Shown: piece by piece, positions 51,012 to 63,046 of the stretch
Position numbering within the stretch: the first letter of the stretch is position 1
Layout: the number at the start of each line of letters is the position of its first letter
Source of the DNA: Podarcis vaucheri
Lineage: Eukaryota
Reading direction: 5' to 3' (one strand)
Length of the DNA stretch: 64,000 nucleotides
Assembly (NCBI GenBank): GCA_965113315.1
Contig: OZ220370.1
Translations under genes and position numbers: made by a program
Notes under the pieces: generated by a model
The model's input: the letters and a program-made list of their open reading frames with translations, nothing else
Database searches by the model: none
What the model was told of the DNA's origin: nothing

Positions 51012-53414
51012 ATGGAAGGAATTCAGAGGCTGTGGAATTGCAGAAAGGGAATCTTCCAGTGCCTTTTCATGATGTTTTCTTGGAAGGCAATTTCTGGGCA
51101 GATCCACTACTCCATTCCAGAAGAGATGCACAAAGGCTCTTCCGTGGGAAATGTTGCAAAGGACCTGGGAATGGATGGCAAGCAGCTCCCAGACCATGGA
51201 CTCCGCATTGTTTACCCTGTAGGTATGATTCAGTACTTCTCTTTGAATGCCAACAATGGCCATTTGCAGATATCTGAGAGAATAGATAGAGAGGAAATTT
51301 GTGGAGAGGCAGAGAAATGTTTGTTGAAGTTTCAGGTTCTTGTTGAAAGCAAACTGAAGCTTTATGGAATTGAAGTGGAAATTACGGATATAAATGATAA
51401 TGCTCCGCACTTCCCTCTATGGGAACAGGAGCTGGAAATCAGTGAGGCATCTATACCTGGATTCCAGATCCCTCTACCCAAAGCTCAAGATCCAGATTGG
51501 GGGATAAATTCAGTGCAGAGCTATCAACTCACAGGCAGTAGCCATTTTGCTTTGCATGTGCAAACAGAAGAAAATGGTGTCAGACTTGCTGAACTTGTGT
51601 TGGAAAAATCACTGGACAGAGAGGAGCAATCAGCTTACGATTTGCTCCTCATAGCTACTGATGGAGGTGATCCCATCAGATCTGGCACATTACAAATCCA
51701 CATCGCTGTCCTTGATGCAAATGACAATGCACCAGTTTTCAGCCAACCTCTCTATGAAGTGAGTGTCAATGAGAATATCCCCAAGTGGTCCACAGTTTTG
51801 ACAGCGAGAGCCACTGATATGGATGAAGGAATCAATGGAGACATTAGATACTCTTTCCAACAAATCACAAAGCGAGACTCCCAAATGTTTCTGTTAAATT
51901 CCACAACAGGTGAAATCATCCTTATTGGGAATCTTGATTATGAGGAATCATCTTTATATGCATTTGAGATACAAGCAAAAGATGGAGGAGGCCTGAGTGA
52001 CAGATCAAAAGTTGTGATATCAGTTACGGATCTGAATGACAATGCACCCGAATTATCAGTTAACTTTGCCACCAACACCATACTTGAAAGTTCACCATCC
52101 CAAACGGTAATTGCCATTTTAAATGTCCAAGACCGAGATTCAGGAATCAATGGGGAAATCACATGTTCAATCCCTAGCAACCTCCCTTTCCAGCTAAAGA
52201 AGTCCATGGATAACTTTTACAGTTTGGTGACTGATGGTGCCCTTGACAGGGAACAGGTGTCAGTCTTCAATATTACTGTCACTGCTACTGACCATGGAGT
52301 CCCCCCTCTTTCTGCAGTCACAGTCATCACACTTCATGTTTTAGACACAAATGACAACCCACCCCTCTTTGAAAAAACAGACTATACTTTCTATTTTGTT
52401 GAGAATAACCAAAGAGGAGCCATGGTCTCTTCCTTAAGAGCAAATGATCTTGACTGGGAAGAAAATGCCAGAATAACATATTCCATCACTGATGACCAAA
52501 GAAGTGACTCCCGTCTCTCCTCCTACCTCTCCATTAACTCTGAGACAGGGGTTATATATGCTCTGACCTCCTTTGATTATGAAGACTTTCGAGACATTCG
52601 GTTCCGTGTAAAGGCTCAGGATGGAGGTTCTCCACCACTCAGCTCTAACGTCTCAGTGACTCTCTTCATCCTGGACCAGAATGACAATGCTCCCCAAATT
52701 CTATACCCTTCCCCTCCCACTGATGGTTCCACAGGGATAGAGCTGGCCCCTCGCTCCTCAGAGCCAGGCTACCTGGTCACTAAGGTGGTAGCCGTGGATG
52801 CGGACTCTGGCCAGAATGCCTGGCTCTCCTACCAGCTGATCAAGGCCACCGAGCCAGGGCTCTTCACTCTGGGGCTCCACACGGGAGAGATCAGGACGGC
52901 CCGATTCTTTCTGGAGAAAGATGCCCTCAAGCAAAGCCTGGTGGTTTTAGTCAAGGACAATGGGCAGCCACCTCTCTCTGCTTCAGCCACTCTGACTGTG
53001 GTGCTGGCTGACACCATCCCTGCAATCCTCTCAGACCTGAGCAGCATCTCAGCTCCTGTAGAACCTCCGTCTGACCTCACCTTCTACCTGGTCCTTGCAG
53101 TGGCTTTTGTCTCTTGCTTGTTCTTCATCTTCCTCCTTGTGTTACTGGCCATCAAGTTGCACAAGTGGAGAAATTCTCAGCTGCTTGAGACGGGGAGTGT
53201 GAATTTCAGTGGCGCTCCTATCTCACAGTTTGTGGGGATTGACGGAGTCCGAGCATTTCTGCACTCCTACTGCCAGGAGGTTTCTCTCACTACAGACTCT
53301 AGAAAGGCAAATTATTCCAATACTCTGAACAATAAAGAAGCTTGTGAGGCAAAGGATCCAATCCTACCTGGTGAAGATTTAAACTTGAACAGTGAAGGCT
53401 TAATCGTAGTCCAG
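51012..53414 (+). CDS. PCDHGA: Protocadherin gamma-A-like variable exon A5 (801 codons)
   Basis: Intact gA ORF. Donor CAG|GTGAGC at 53414/53415. Confidence 0.94.
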
Positions 53415-55121
53415 GTGAGCAAACAATATTAGATTAATGTAATTTTTTGTTTTCTTAATATTAGAATATATTTCCTGTCTGCCTCTTCTTTTTCATTATA
53501 TTCACAACTATGTCAGTCTTCTTTCTATTACTTTCAGCTCCCCCTTCTTTTAGTTATTACTTTATATGTGATCCTTCTGTGAAGTATCTTCTTTCAACAA
53601 ATCTTTATCTTGATGCATCAGATGATCTGTCTTTGTCTCTTACTTTGGACTGCTGGTGGAGGCTCACAAAACCTTGTGGACATCTATAAAAAACATAGTT
53701 CACTACATATTGAAACTATCATGTATAGGAGATGTATAGGAGAAGGCTAGGCTCATCCTGTTTTCATGTGCAGTAGGTGAGTTCCTGATTTAATGCATTC
53801 TTAATTGTTTTAACTTAGTATGTTGTATTTGGCTTTTATTTCATATTTTTAGTACACTTCCAAATATTGGGTGGTTTAAAAAACCTCTATCAATAAATAA
53901 GTATATAAATGTGAGCCCTCACCTGCCTTGCTACTGGTAAGTTGTAGTTATGCTGCCTCCGTGAAAACTAGGGCCAAGTATCCTATGACAAATAAGTGTT
54001 CATTTCCATCTTTCAACCAATAACCTCTTTCCACTGCATACCCAACTGCCCACCAGTAAGCTGATACTGAGATTCTCAATCCTACAAGACTTCTTTTTTA
54101 AAAAGTAGTAATGAATTTACTTAACCCTTTTATTGGCTGAGTTATTTTGGCTGTTGGTATATTATAGCATGATAAAATGAGGAGATTTAATGGTGAGGGG
54201 ACTCTGGGAAGAAATTTACAAGCAATTGTATTGTTAGATTGGTTGCATAATGCTCGTTGTAATGTGCAACCTTCATCCGCTATTGAACTACAGCAGCAAC
54301 ACACAAATGCATTGGGGGGGGGGGTATTTTCTATTTTAATGAGATTTCCAGTGTAAGGTAGGAGTAGAATTTTGAACCCCAGAGAAGGTGTCGTGTGTTG
54401 CCTTCTCCCTGTAATATGAATGAAAACAGCTTCAGCCGAAGGTGTGTTCTTCAAGGTAGTTCCACACTCCTACAATAGGTGCATCACTTTAAATGTGACT
54501 GCAAGTTTATTTACTCCTCTGTCACATGACTGTAAGCTGTTTTGATTCCAGTGCTCTTTGGTGACATGTCGCTTGTATTTTTCTATTAAAAATATGCTGT
54601 CATGGTTGGAGTTGTAAACACACTACAGTGGCAAGAATTGATGTATTTGGGGGACATTTTATGAGGCATGTGGGGGTTTTATGTTCCCGTAAAGAAAACA
54701 ATGAATGGTAACTTGCTGAAATTTGGGGAAGTTGTTTGGGTGACCATTTCTGACAATGTCCTAGAAGGACTATCCTGAAGTTCTACTAATGTGTGAATTG
54801 GATAATGAAAAGAATGCTGGGAGGATGTGGGTCAACCCAGCTGAACTTCTGATGGGAATATGTATTAAAAAATCACGTGTGATAGTTTTTAAATATTATT
54901 TAGATTTTTTAATGCACATTAAACATGGAAGAAAGAAATTTGGAGCTCTGGTCTCATTGACCTGCATACAGAAAAGAGTTCTTAATGGAGTCAATAACTA
55001 TGAGGTCTGATCAATAATCCATTGAGAGGGGTACAACTTGAAAACAATGGTAAAGGGTTAAATTAAAAGCAGTTCTCTACATTAGAAATTATATACTATG
55101 TGCCATTATTGAAATGGCAAA

Positions 55122-55160
55122 TTCAGTTCCCCATGTGGACTCAGAGTGTCACTGTTGGAC
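55122..55160 (+). promoter_or_regulatory. CSE / CTCF site of the B5 promoter (CACT variant)
   Basis: TTCAG-N12-ACTCAGAGTGTCAC-TGTTGGAC. Confidence 0.78.
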
Positions 55161-55395
55161 AACGTGGGAGCAGCCATGGCTCAGCATTTCTGAGACTCTT
55201 GGAGCAGTCTCTCTCTCTCTCTTAACACTTCAGCCGAGCAGAAAGGAAAAGCTTTTATTTTAAAAGCTGCCCAAGAAAGGAAAGCTCTCAGTTTCCCAAG
55301 AATCAGCTCAAAAGAAGAATATTTCTATTATCTCAAATAAGTGTACTGGGAGTCTTGAAAATTGTACTGAAAGCAGGAAGAAATCAGGAAAGGCA

Positions 55396-57825
55396 ATGGA
55401 TGTGATGGAAGTAAAGCAGGCAGGGAGAACAAGGAAGATTACCAGGAGGCAAGTACTGTTTCTGTTCATATTCTGGTCTGTGTTCTTCTGCCAGGTGGGG
55501 TCTGAGCAGGTTCAGTATTCAGTTCCAGAGGAAGCAGAGCAGGGCTCCTTTGTGGGGAACCTTGCTAAAGATCTGGGGTTGGATGTCAGAGAGCTGTCAA
55601 AGCGCAAACTTGGTATTTCTTCAGAAAAGCAATTCTTTGAATTGAATGAACAAAATGGCAACCTGTATGTGAATGAGAGGATAGATCGGGAAGAGATTTG
55701 TGGTAAATCATCTACTTGTGTCCTCAAATTAGAAGTTGTAGCACAAAATCCTTTGAATATTTTCCACATAAATATTTTTATCCAGGACATTAATGACAAT
55801 GCCCCATATTTCCGGAATGTAAATGTTGAGCTTAAATTTAGTGAATCTACTCTGCCAGGAACTCGATTTGCTCTTGGAAATGCTGAAGATGATGATATTG
55901 GAATAAACTCCCTCCAGAATTATCAATTGAGCTCATCTCCATATTTCAAACTAGAAATTCAAAACAGCAATGATGGTGGCAAATATGCAGAATTAATATT
56001 GCAGAAACAACTGGACAGGGAAAAGGAACAGATGCACCACATGGTCCTTACAGCCATGGATGGTGGAGAACCTTCAAAAACCGGAACAGCCAAAATATTG
56101 GTTGCAGTTATTGATATTAATGACAATGCTCCTGTTTTCACCCAGACAATCTATAAAGTGAGCCTGAAGGAGAGTGCACCCAAAGGAACCTCTGTGCTTC
56201 AAGTCAAAGCATCTGACAGTGATGAAGGGTCAAATGCTGAGATCACTTATACTTTCAGTGACATCTCAAAAACAGCTGAGCAGAAATTTCATCTGGATCC
56301 CAGAGAAGGAACAACTGCACTCATAGAAAGTGTTGATTTTGAAGAGAGTCAATATTATGTGATGATCATTCAGGCAAGTGATGGAGGAGGATTGGCAGCA
56401 CATTGCAAAGTGGAGGTTGAGGTTCTTGATGAAAATGACAATGCGCCAGATGTGATCCTTACATCCGTGTCCAGCCCAGTTCCAGAAGATGTCGCATCTG
56501 GAGCTGTGATTGCTCTCATTAAAGTTCAGGACAGGGATTCTGGGGATAACGGAGAAGTCACCTGTCACCTGAAGGAACTTGTACCTTTCCTGATAGTCTC
56601 ATCTACGAGTAATTACTTCAAGCTCCTGATAGATGGTGCCCTTGACAGAGAAAGGACTCCCGAGTATAATATTACAATCACAGCCACAGACAAAGGCACA
56701 CCTCCACTCTCCACACACAAAACCATATCAATACAGATCTCAGATATCAATGATAACCCACCAGCCTTTGAAACATCTTCCTACACTGCCTACGTTCCAG
56801 AGAACAACCCATCTGGAGCTTCAATTTTCCACATCAAGGCCTCTGACCCAGATCTGGATCGCAATGCCAGAATCACTTACTCCATCCTTCACAGCAACAT
56901 CAAGGACCTGCCTCTTTCCTCCTATGTCTCCATTAACTCTGAGACTGGGATCATCTATGCCCAACGCTCCTTTGACTATGAGCAATTCAGGGAGTTTCAG
57001 ATTCAAGTGAAGGCCCAAGATGGAGGTTCTCCACCACTCAATAGCAGTGCCACAGTGATAGTATGTGTTTTGGATCGAAATGATAACGCTCCACAGATCC
57101 TGTACCCCTCACAATCAACAGAGGGCTCCCCTTTCTTTGAGATGGTGCCTCGGTCAGCTGAGTCGGGTTATCTGGTGACGAAGGTGGTGGCCGTGGACTC
57201 TGATTCGGGACACAATGCCTGGCTCTCCTTCCATCTCCTGCAGGCCACAGAGCCCTCACTCTTCAGCATTGGCTCCCACACAGGAGAGGTGCAAACAGTC
57301 CGAGCGTTACTTGAGAGAGATGCAGTGAAGCAGAGGCTGGTCATCCTGGTGAAGGACAATGGGCATCCTCCTCTCTCAGCCACCACAACTTTGAGCCTGG
57401 TGTTTGCTGAGAACTTCCAGGAAGCTCTTCCAGAAATGAACTCCCAACCAAATGACTCAGAGTATCAGTCTGATCTACAGTTTTATTTGGTATTGGCCTT
57501 GACCTTGGTGTCCTTTCTGTTCCTGGTGACGGTGATTCTGACCATTCTGATGAAGCTTCGAAGGTCAAGGAACCCCACGTTCCTTCAGTGCTTTATTCCT
57601 GACCCCCATTCAAAGGCTGGTGCCATATTCCCACCCAATTATGAGGACGGAACTTTGCCTTATTCCTACCAGGTCTGTCTGTCCTCTGAATCCAGGAAGA
57701 ATGAGCTGGCATTCCTGCAGCCCACTGTCCAAATAGCAGAGAATATCCTTTGCGATGGCAGCTCTGACATTTCTTTGATGGTCAGTGGAGGTAATTTAAG
57801 TTCTGAAAAGGAGAATACTGATATG
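55396..57825 (+). CDS. PCDHGB: Protocadherin gamma-B-like variable exon B5 (810 codons)
   Basis: Intact gB ORF with a distinct tail (ENTDM). Donor ATG|GTGAGT at 57825/57826. The downstream flank is unique within the window. Confidence 0.93.
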
Positions 57826-58351
57826 GTGAGTTCTTTCTTCTGCACTATATAGTAAGCTGAATTATCCAATAAGTTTATTTTATTTAATTTACTTGCTGTT
57901 ATTGTGAGTTTAAGAATATTATATTTCAAGCAAGCAAGGATCATTCTGTAATAACAGATGCTGTCAAATCACAGTAGGACTTAAAAGAGTGTCATACACC
58001 AGTGGGGTTTTTTTGTAGAGTTTTTCTATTCACCTCTGTTGGTTTCCTCTACTGTGTTTGAGTAGCCTTTTATGGCTCATATATTTAGGAGAAGTGAAGG
58101 TGAGTGATTACCAGATAACAGAATGAATATTCTTTATTTAGAAAATATAGTGTTTACATATCCTTTTTTAAATTTAATATATGCTGTAAGTGGTACATAT
58201 GTTTATATGAATTTACTTCCAATATAAATAATTCAAATTTTAATTATACGATATACGATATACATTGTCCCATACAGAACAATGAAGTTGAAAAACTACA
58301 TAAAAGATTCAAAAACCCCTAAAAACTCTGAAACCCCATTTTAAAATACAA

Positions 58352-58410
58352 TATACTATACTATACTATACTATACTATACTATACTATACTATACTATA
58401 CTATACTATA
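58352..58410. repeat. (TATAC)n pentanucleotide microsatellite
   Basis: About 12 perfect units, within the 3' UTR of the Rex1-like element. Confidence 0.95.
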
Positions 58411-58638
58411 AAATACACTATAATATAAAATACACTATACTATATAGACCCCTTATGCTGCATTTAGAACCAGAATTGCATTTGCGTAGAAACTGTTTCT
58501 CAGGCGGCTAGTCTTGGCCTTTATAACCCTATACCTTCTTCCAGAAGGCAGAAGCTGAAAGAGATCATTTCTGGGGTGCGTACTATCCTGCACTATCTCT
58601 GCCGCTTTCTTATGACACCTGGCAGCATAGATTTGATT

Positions 58639-60177
58639 TAGAATCATAGAATCATAGAGTTGGAAGAGACCACAAGGGCCATCGAGTCCAACCCCCTGCC
58701 AAGCAGGAAACACCATCAGAGCACTCCTGACATATGGTTGTCAAGCCTCTGCTTAAAGACCTCCAAAGAAGGAGACTCCACCACACTCCTTGGCAGCAAA
58801 TTCCACTGTCGAACAGCTCTTACTGTCAGGAAGTTCTTCCTAATGTTTAGGTGGAATCTTCTTTCTTGTAGTTTGGATCCATTGCTCTGTGTCCGCTTCT
58901 CTGGAGCAGCAGAAAACAACCTTTCTCCCTCCTCTATGTGACATCCTTTTATATATTTGAACATGGCTATCATATCACCCCTTAACCTCCTCTTCTCCAG
59001 GCTAAACATGCCCAGCTCCCTTAGCCGTTCCTCATAAGGCATCGTTTCCAGGCCTTTGACCATTTTGGTTGCCCTCCTCTGGACACGTTCCAGTTTGTCA
59101 GTGTCCTTCTTGAACTGTGGTGCCCAGAACTGGACACAGTACTCCAGGTGAGGTCTGACCAGAGCAGAATACAGTGGCACTATTACTTCCCTTGATCTAG
59201 ATGCTATACTCCTATTGATGCAGCCCAGAATTGCATTGGCTTTTTTAGCTGCCGCGTCACACTGTTGGCTCATGTCAAGTTTGTGGTCAACCAAGACTCC
59301 TAGATCCTTTTCACATGTACTGCTCTCAAGCCAGGTGTCACCCATCTTGTATTTGTGCCTCTCATTTTTTTTGCCCAAGTGCAATACTTTACATTTCTCC
59401 CTGTTAAAATTCATCTTGTTTGTTTTGGCCCAGTTCTCTAATCTGTCAAGGTCATTTTGAAGTGTGATCCTGTCCTCTGGGGTGTTAGCCACCCCTCCCA
59501 GTTTGGTGTCATCTGCAAATTTGATCAGGATGCCCTTGAGTCCATCATCCAAGTCGTTGATAAAGATGTTGAATAAGACCGGGCCCAAGACAGAACCCTG
59601 TGGCACCCCACTAGTCACTCTTCTCCAGGATGAAGAGGAACCATTGATGAGCACCCTTTGGGTTCGGTCAGTCAGCCAGTTACAAATCCACTGAGTGGTA
59701 GCATAGTCAAGAGCGCATTTTACCAGCTTCTTTACAAGAATATCATGGGGCACCTTGTCAAATGCCTTGCTGAAATCAAGGTAGGCTACATCCACTGCGT
59801 TCCCTTCATCTACCAGGCTTGTAATTCTGTCAAAAAACGAGATCAGGTTAGTCTGACATGACTTATTTTTCAGAAATCCATGCTGACTATTGGTGATCAC
59901 AGCATTCCTTTCTAGGTGCGCACAGACTGTTTGCTTAATGATCTGCTCCAGAATCTTCCCTGGTATTGATGTCAGACTGACTGGGCGGTAATTATTTGGG
60001 TCCACTCTTTTCCCCTTTTTGAAAATAGGGACAACATTTGCCCTCCTCCAGTCTGCCGGGACTTCGCCTGTTCTCCAGGAATTCTCAAACATGACTGCCA
60101 GTGGTTCTGAGATCACATCTGCCAGTTCTTTTAATACTCTTGGATGCAGTTCATCTGGCCCTGGAGACTTGAATACC
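58639..60177 (-). mobile_element. Young 5'-truncated CR1 LINE with an uninterrupted RT portion of ORF2 (58716..60179, 487 aa)
   Basis: Motifs [47 protein letters not shown] and the CR1 C-terminus LEVFKQRLD. The 3' tail has (ATTCTATG)n repeats. No endonuclease domain or ORF1. Confidence 0.95.
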
Positions 60178-62939
60178 AATTAGTGCACCCAATTATTCTC
60201 TCTGCAGTCTTTACAACCCTGGATAGCATTGTTTTTTCCCTGGCCATGCAGCTCCCAAACCACACGCACAGACCATAAATTAATACGCTCTCCACAGTGC
60301 AATGGTAAAAAGCCATCAACAGGTCCTTTGAGAGATTGTTTTTCTGGAGGATTCTCAGAAAATGTAACCTCTGCTGTGCTCTCTTTATCAGGTCTTTGCT
60401 GTTTTCTCCCCAGGTTAGGTCGTCTCTCAACTCCATTCCCAGAAATCGAAACACCGAGACCTGTTCCACACACTTCCCCTCAATAATAAGTGGCTGAATA
60501 TTCAGTTTACATTTCCTAAAGTCCACAATGATCTCTTATCATTGTGGGCCCTGCCACACAGAACATGTAGGAATGATTATTTTGTCCTACACTGTGCACA
60601 GAGCTTCTCTGGCAGGTCTCCAACTGCACAAGGGGACCTCCCTCTCTGTCAACCCAGAAAGTTTCACAGAATCCTAAAGCTCCTCCCTCCTAGGGGAGCA
60701 TAAGATTGTCCTCTTAGTTACTGTTGGCCACGTGCTGTGATTTAATGTACTATGATGCTGTTGGTATTGTGAGCAGTTTTAAAGTCAGGCAGCAGTCAAT
60801 CTCTCAATAACTTCTAACTTGAGGGATGGGGGGATGTGGTGAAACTTTTATTAAAATGAAGAAATTTCAAGCTGACTGTATTTATAGAAAATAAAATTAT
60901 TTACTATTTTTATATAGTGCTATCTATGTTTTTGTAAATTGCTTAGAAATTTTCACAATTAAGTGGTATATAAATCCTGAAAAATAAGAATAAATGTAAA
61001 ACATGTGTATGACACTCTACAAACAAAAGGTATGACAGGTGCCAAAATCAAATAAAAGGATTGCATTCTATGTAAGCAAGATGCTTGTAAAGTTGAAAAC
61101 GAAACCTAATTTGAAATAAGAAAAGTGGGCAATTAACTTTCATTGTTCCATCATACTGGAGGACAGAATTTAACACACTTCTGAAGTAGACACATTTGGA
61201 TGCTTGTGAATTGATTCTGCAGTGTAAGACGGAATGAATCTAACCAGTGCTATTCATGCAAGTCTTGACAGTTTTTGATGTCTTCCTTTAGATATGTGTA
61301 ATTTAATTTTTTGTTCTGTGGATTGTGAATGGTACTAATGCACTCTACTCCATATACTTTAATTTATTTGGTAAGAGCATGGGTAGTTCTGCCCGTCCAA
61401 AGGAGGTTTGGATCTGTGTTTCTAATGCACCCCGTCACTCACATGACAAGCTTTCTTTAAAAAAAACAACTGATAGGAGTATCATAAACAGTTTATGATA
61501 TGGCATGAGCAAGAGGTGGGGTAGGCATGGACTGGAATGACCGTTCAGCTAAAAAAAGGTCAAACTTTCCGTTGGATGTGCCTTTGGAAACACTAATAGT
61601 TGCTCTTAGAATTGTAGCCAAGATGCATGCCCACTGATGATAATTTTTTATATATAAAAGGAGTGCTTTTTTTTTCTGGGGATACTCAAGTGTATGCAGT
61701 ACCGGCACCTTTTTATTATCAAATGTTAAAAGTGTGGCACTTATGTAACAACTTCATGGTGAGTACCAACACCTTTCCCCCCCATAATAACTTATAATAA
61801 CTAGATGATTATATGTTTTTAACTTCATGCTTGAGATCTGCAGTTACACCATTTGGAGTTTGGGCCTCCCAACAGCCACTCTGAGGAGGTCAAACTTAAA
61901 GCTCAAGAAAATGCTCAGCCAGCTTCAGTTTGTTTTTTGGAATGCAGCTTTGAGAAGCACCCTAAATAAATGAAAGATTATTCACACTTACCTAGGAGCA
62001 AGTCCCATTGAATTCCCTCTCTTGCTGAAGGGAAGGGCATTTTTGCCCACATGTAAATGAAGATGAGACGGTTTAGACTAGGCCCAAGCTCTGTCTTGTG
62101 GGGAAGCCTTCTTTGGGTCTGGCTGAAGTAGGCTGTTGGACCGACTTCCTCCCAGTCCCATCAGAGAGTCCATCCACCTAGGATTAGCTGGTAAGTCTTT
62201 TGGGTGGCCAGGAGGCACGTCCCTATTTTCATTGGAGAAATGTTGGAAGGTACATAATCGTTTGATCAGATTGATTGTAGTGGAAGGATTTTGTTACCTG
62301 CATGGCATTGCCTTAACTGTGGGGCAGATGCTTCAATTAGGTGCCGTTCGGTAGTGTGGTATACTGAACTGATTATAACGAGTTGTAATGTGCAACTACA
62401 GGATAAGGGAGGGAAGAAATTGAAGTGTTCCATGAAAGAAAGCTTATTGGAGACACTCACTAAGGAAATAGAGGAACCGTGGGCCCTGAGGGGAGGAGGT
62501 CTTGATCCCAGATGTTTAATGGCCTGTGACAACCAATGGCAAGAGCAGCCTCTTCTGGTCCACAAATGGGCAGCAAATGGATCAGCCTTAGGACCGAACC
62601 AAAGATCCAAGTCGGAGTGGAGCTGCCTAAAGGAGGCAGACAAGGCAAGATGGACTCTCCTTTCAGTTTAGAAGAAGGTACCTACACTGCTGGGGTGAAT
62701 GTGACATACAGTTGTGGCCTTTCTTTAAATCGACATTCGGTTCTTTACTTTTTTGGTTGAAGAGAGACAACTTAAATTGGTTAATGAATATCGGCTGTCA
62801 GTAATAAGACACAACAATTCCACTTCTCTGAAAATAATGAAGGCACTTCAGTGTGAAGACTTAAGAACCTGGGCACCAAATGGAAATGCAGAGGTGTCCG
62901 AGAAACAGATGCAAGTTGGAGAGAGAAAGGAGTCTAGAG

Positions 62940-63046
62940 GAATCCTATATGATCCTACCTGAGCACTGACATCTGCTTCTGAGGCTCTCCTCTGGATGCC
63001 CTCATCTTCAGAGAATAGGTGAGCTGTGACAGAAGAGAAAGGCTTT
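62940..63046 (+). mobile_element. Degenerate L2-type LINE fragment
   Basis: Translates YDPT*ALTSASEALLWMPSSSENR*AVTEEKGF, similar to the L2 ORF2 C-terminal Y.P.R.LRS...LL.VP....RAFS segment. Confidence 0.45.

Larger units (their letters stand above)
20767..55395 (+). repeat. Tandem segmental duplication array of [B-downstream spacer, A promoter, gA exon, A-downstream spacer, B promoter, gB exon] units
   Basis: Spacers 20767-25192, 34896-39943 and 46930-51011 are colinear. So are 27596-32465, 42347-44499 and 53415-55395. Units are ~11-14 kb and differ by indels and TE insertions. Confidence 0.88.
58230..60535 (-). mobile_element. 5'-truncated Rex1/Babar-clade LINE interrupted by a CR1 insertion
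   Basis: 60181-60526 encodes KRAQQRLHFLRIL...FYHCTVESVL...VWFGSC...RVVKTAERIIG. 58453-58638 continues IYAARCHKKA..I.QDSTHP...FQLLPSGRRYR...RLRNSFY. Together these match the Rex1/Babar RT C-terminal region. Outer boundaries approximate. Confidence 0.78.

Noticed and set aside
3-57825. Assignment to Pcdh-beta or Pcdh-alpha, or to numbered human orthologs
   Set aside because: The EC6 and cytoplasmic signatures and the splice donors fit gamma-A/B. The copies appear to be lineage-specific duplicates, so one-to-one numbering is unsupported.
58716-60179. Long RT ORF as a domesticated gene acting on the Pcdh array
   Set aside because: It is an ordinary 5'-truncated CR1 with a typical tail and no ATG start or promoter. 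Nothing links it to the array.
62050-62710. Possible solo LTR (GC-richer block with TG...CA candidates)
   Set aside because: No matching target-site duplication or primer-binding site was found.
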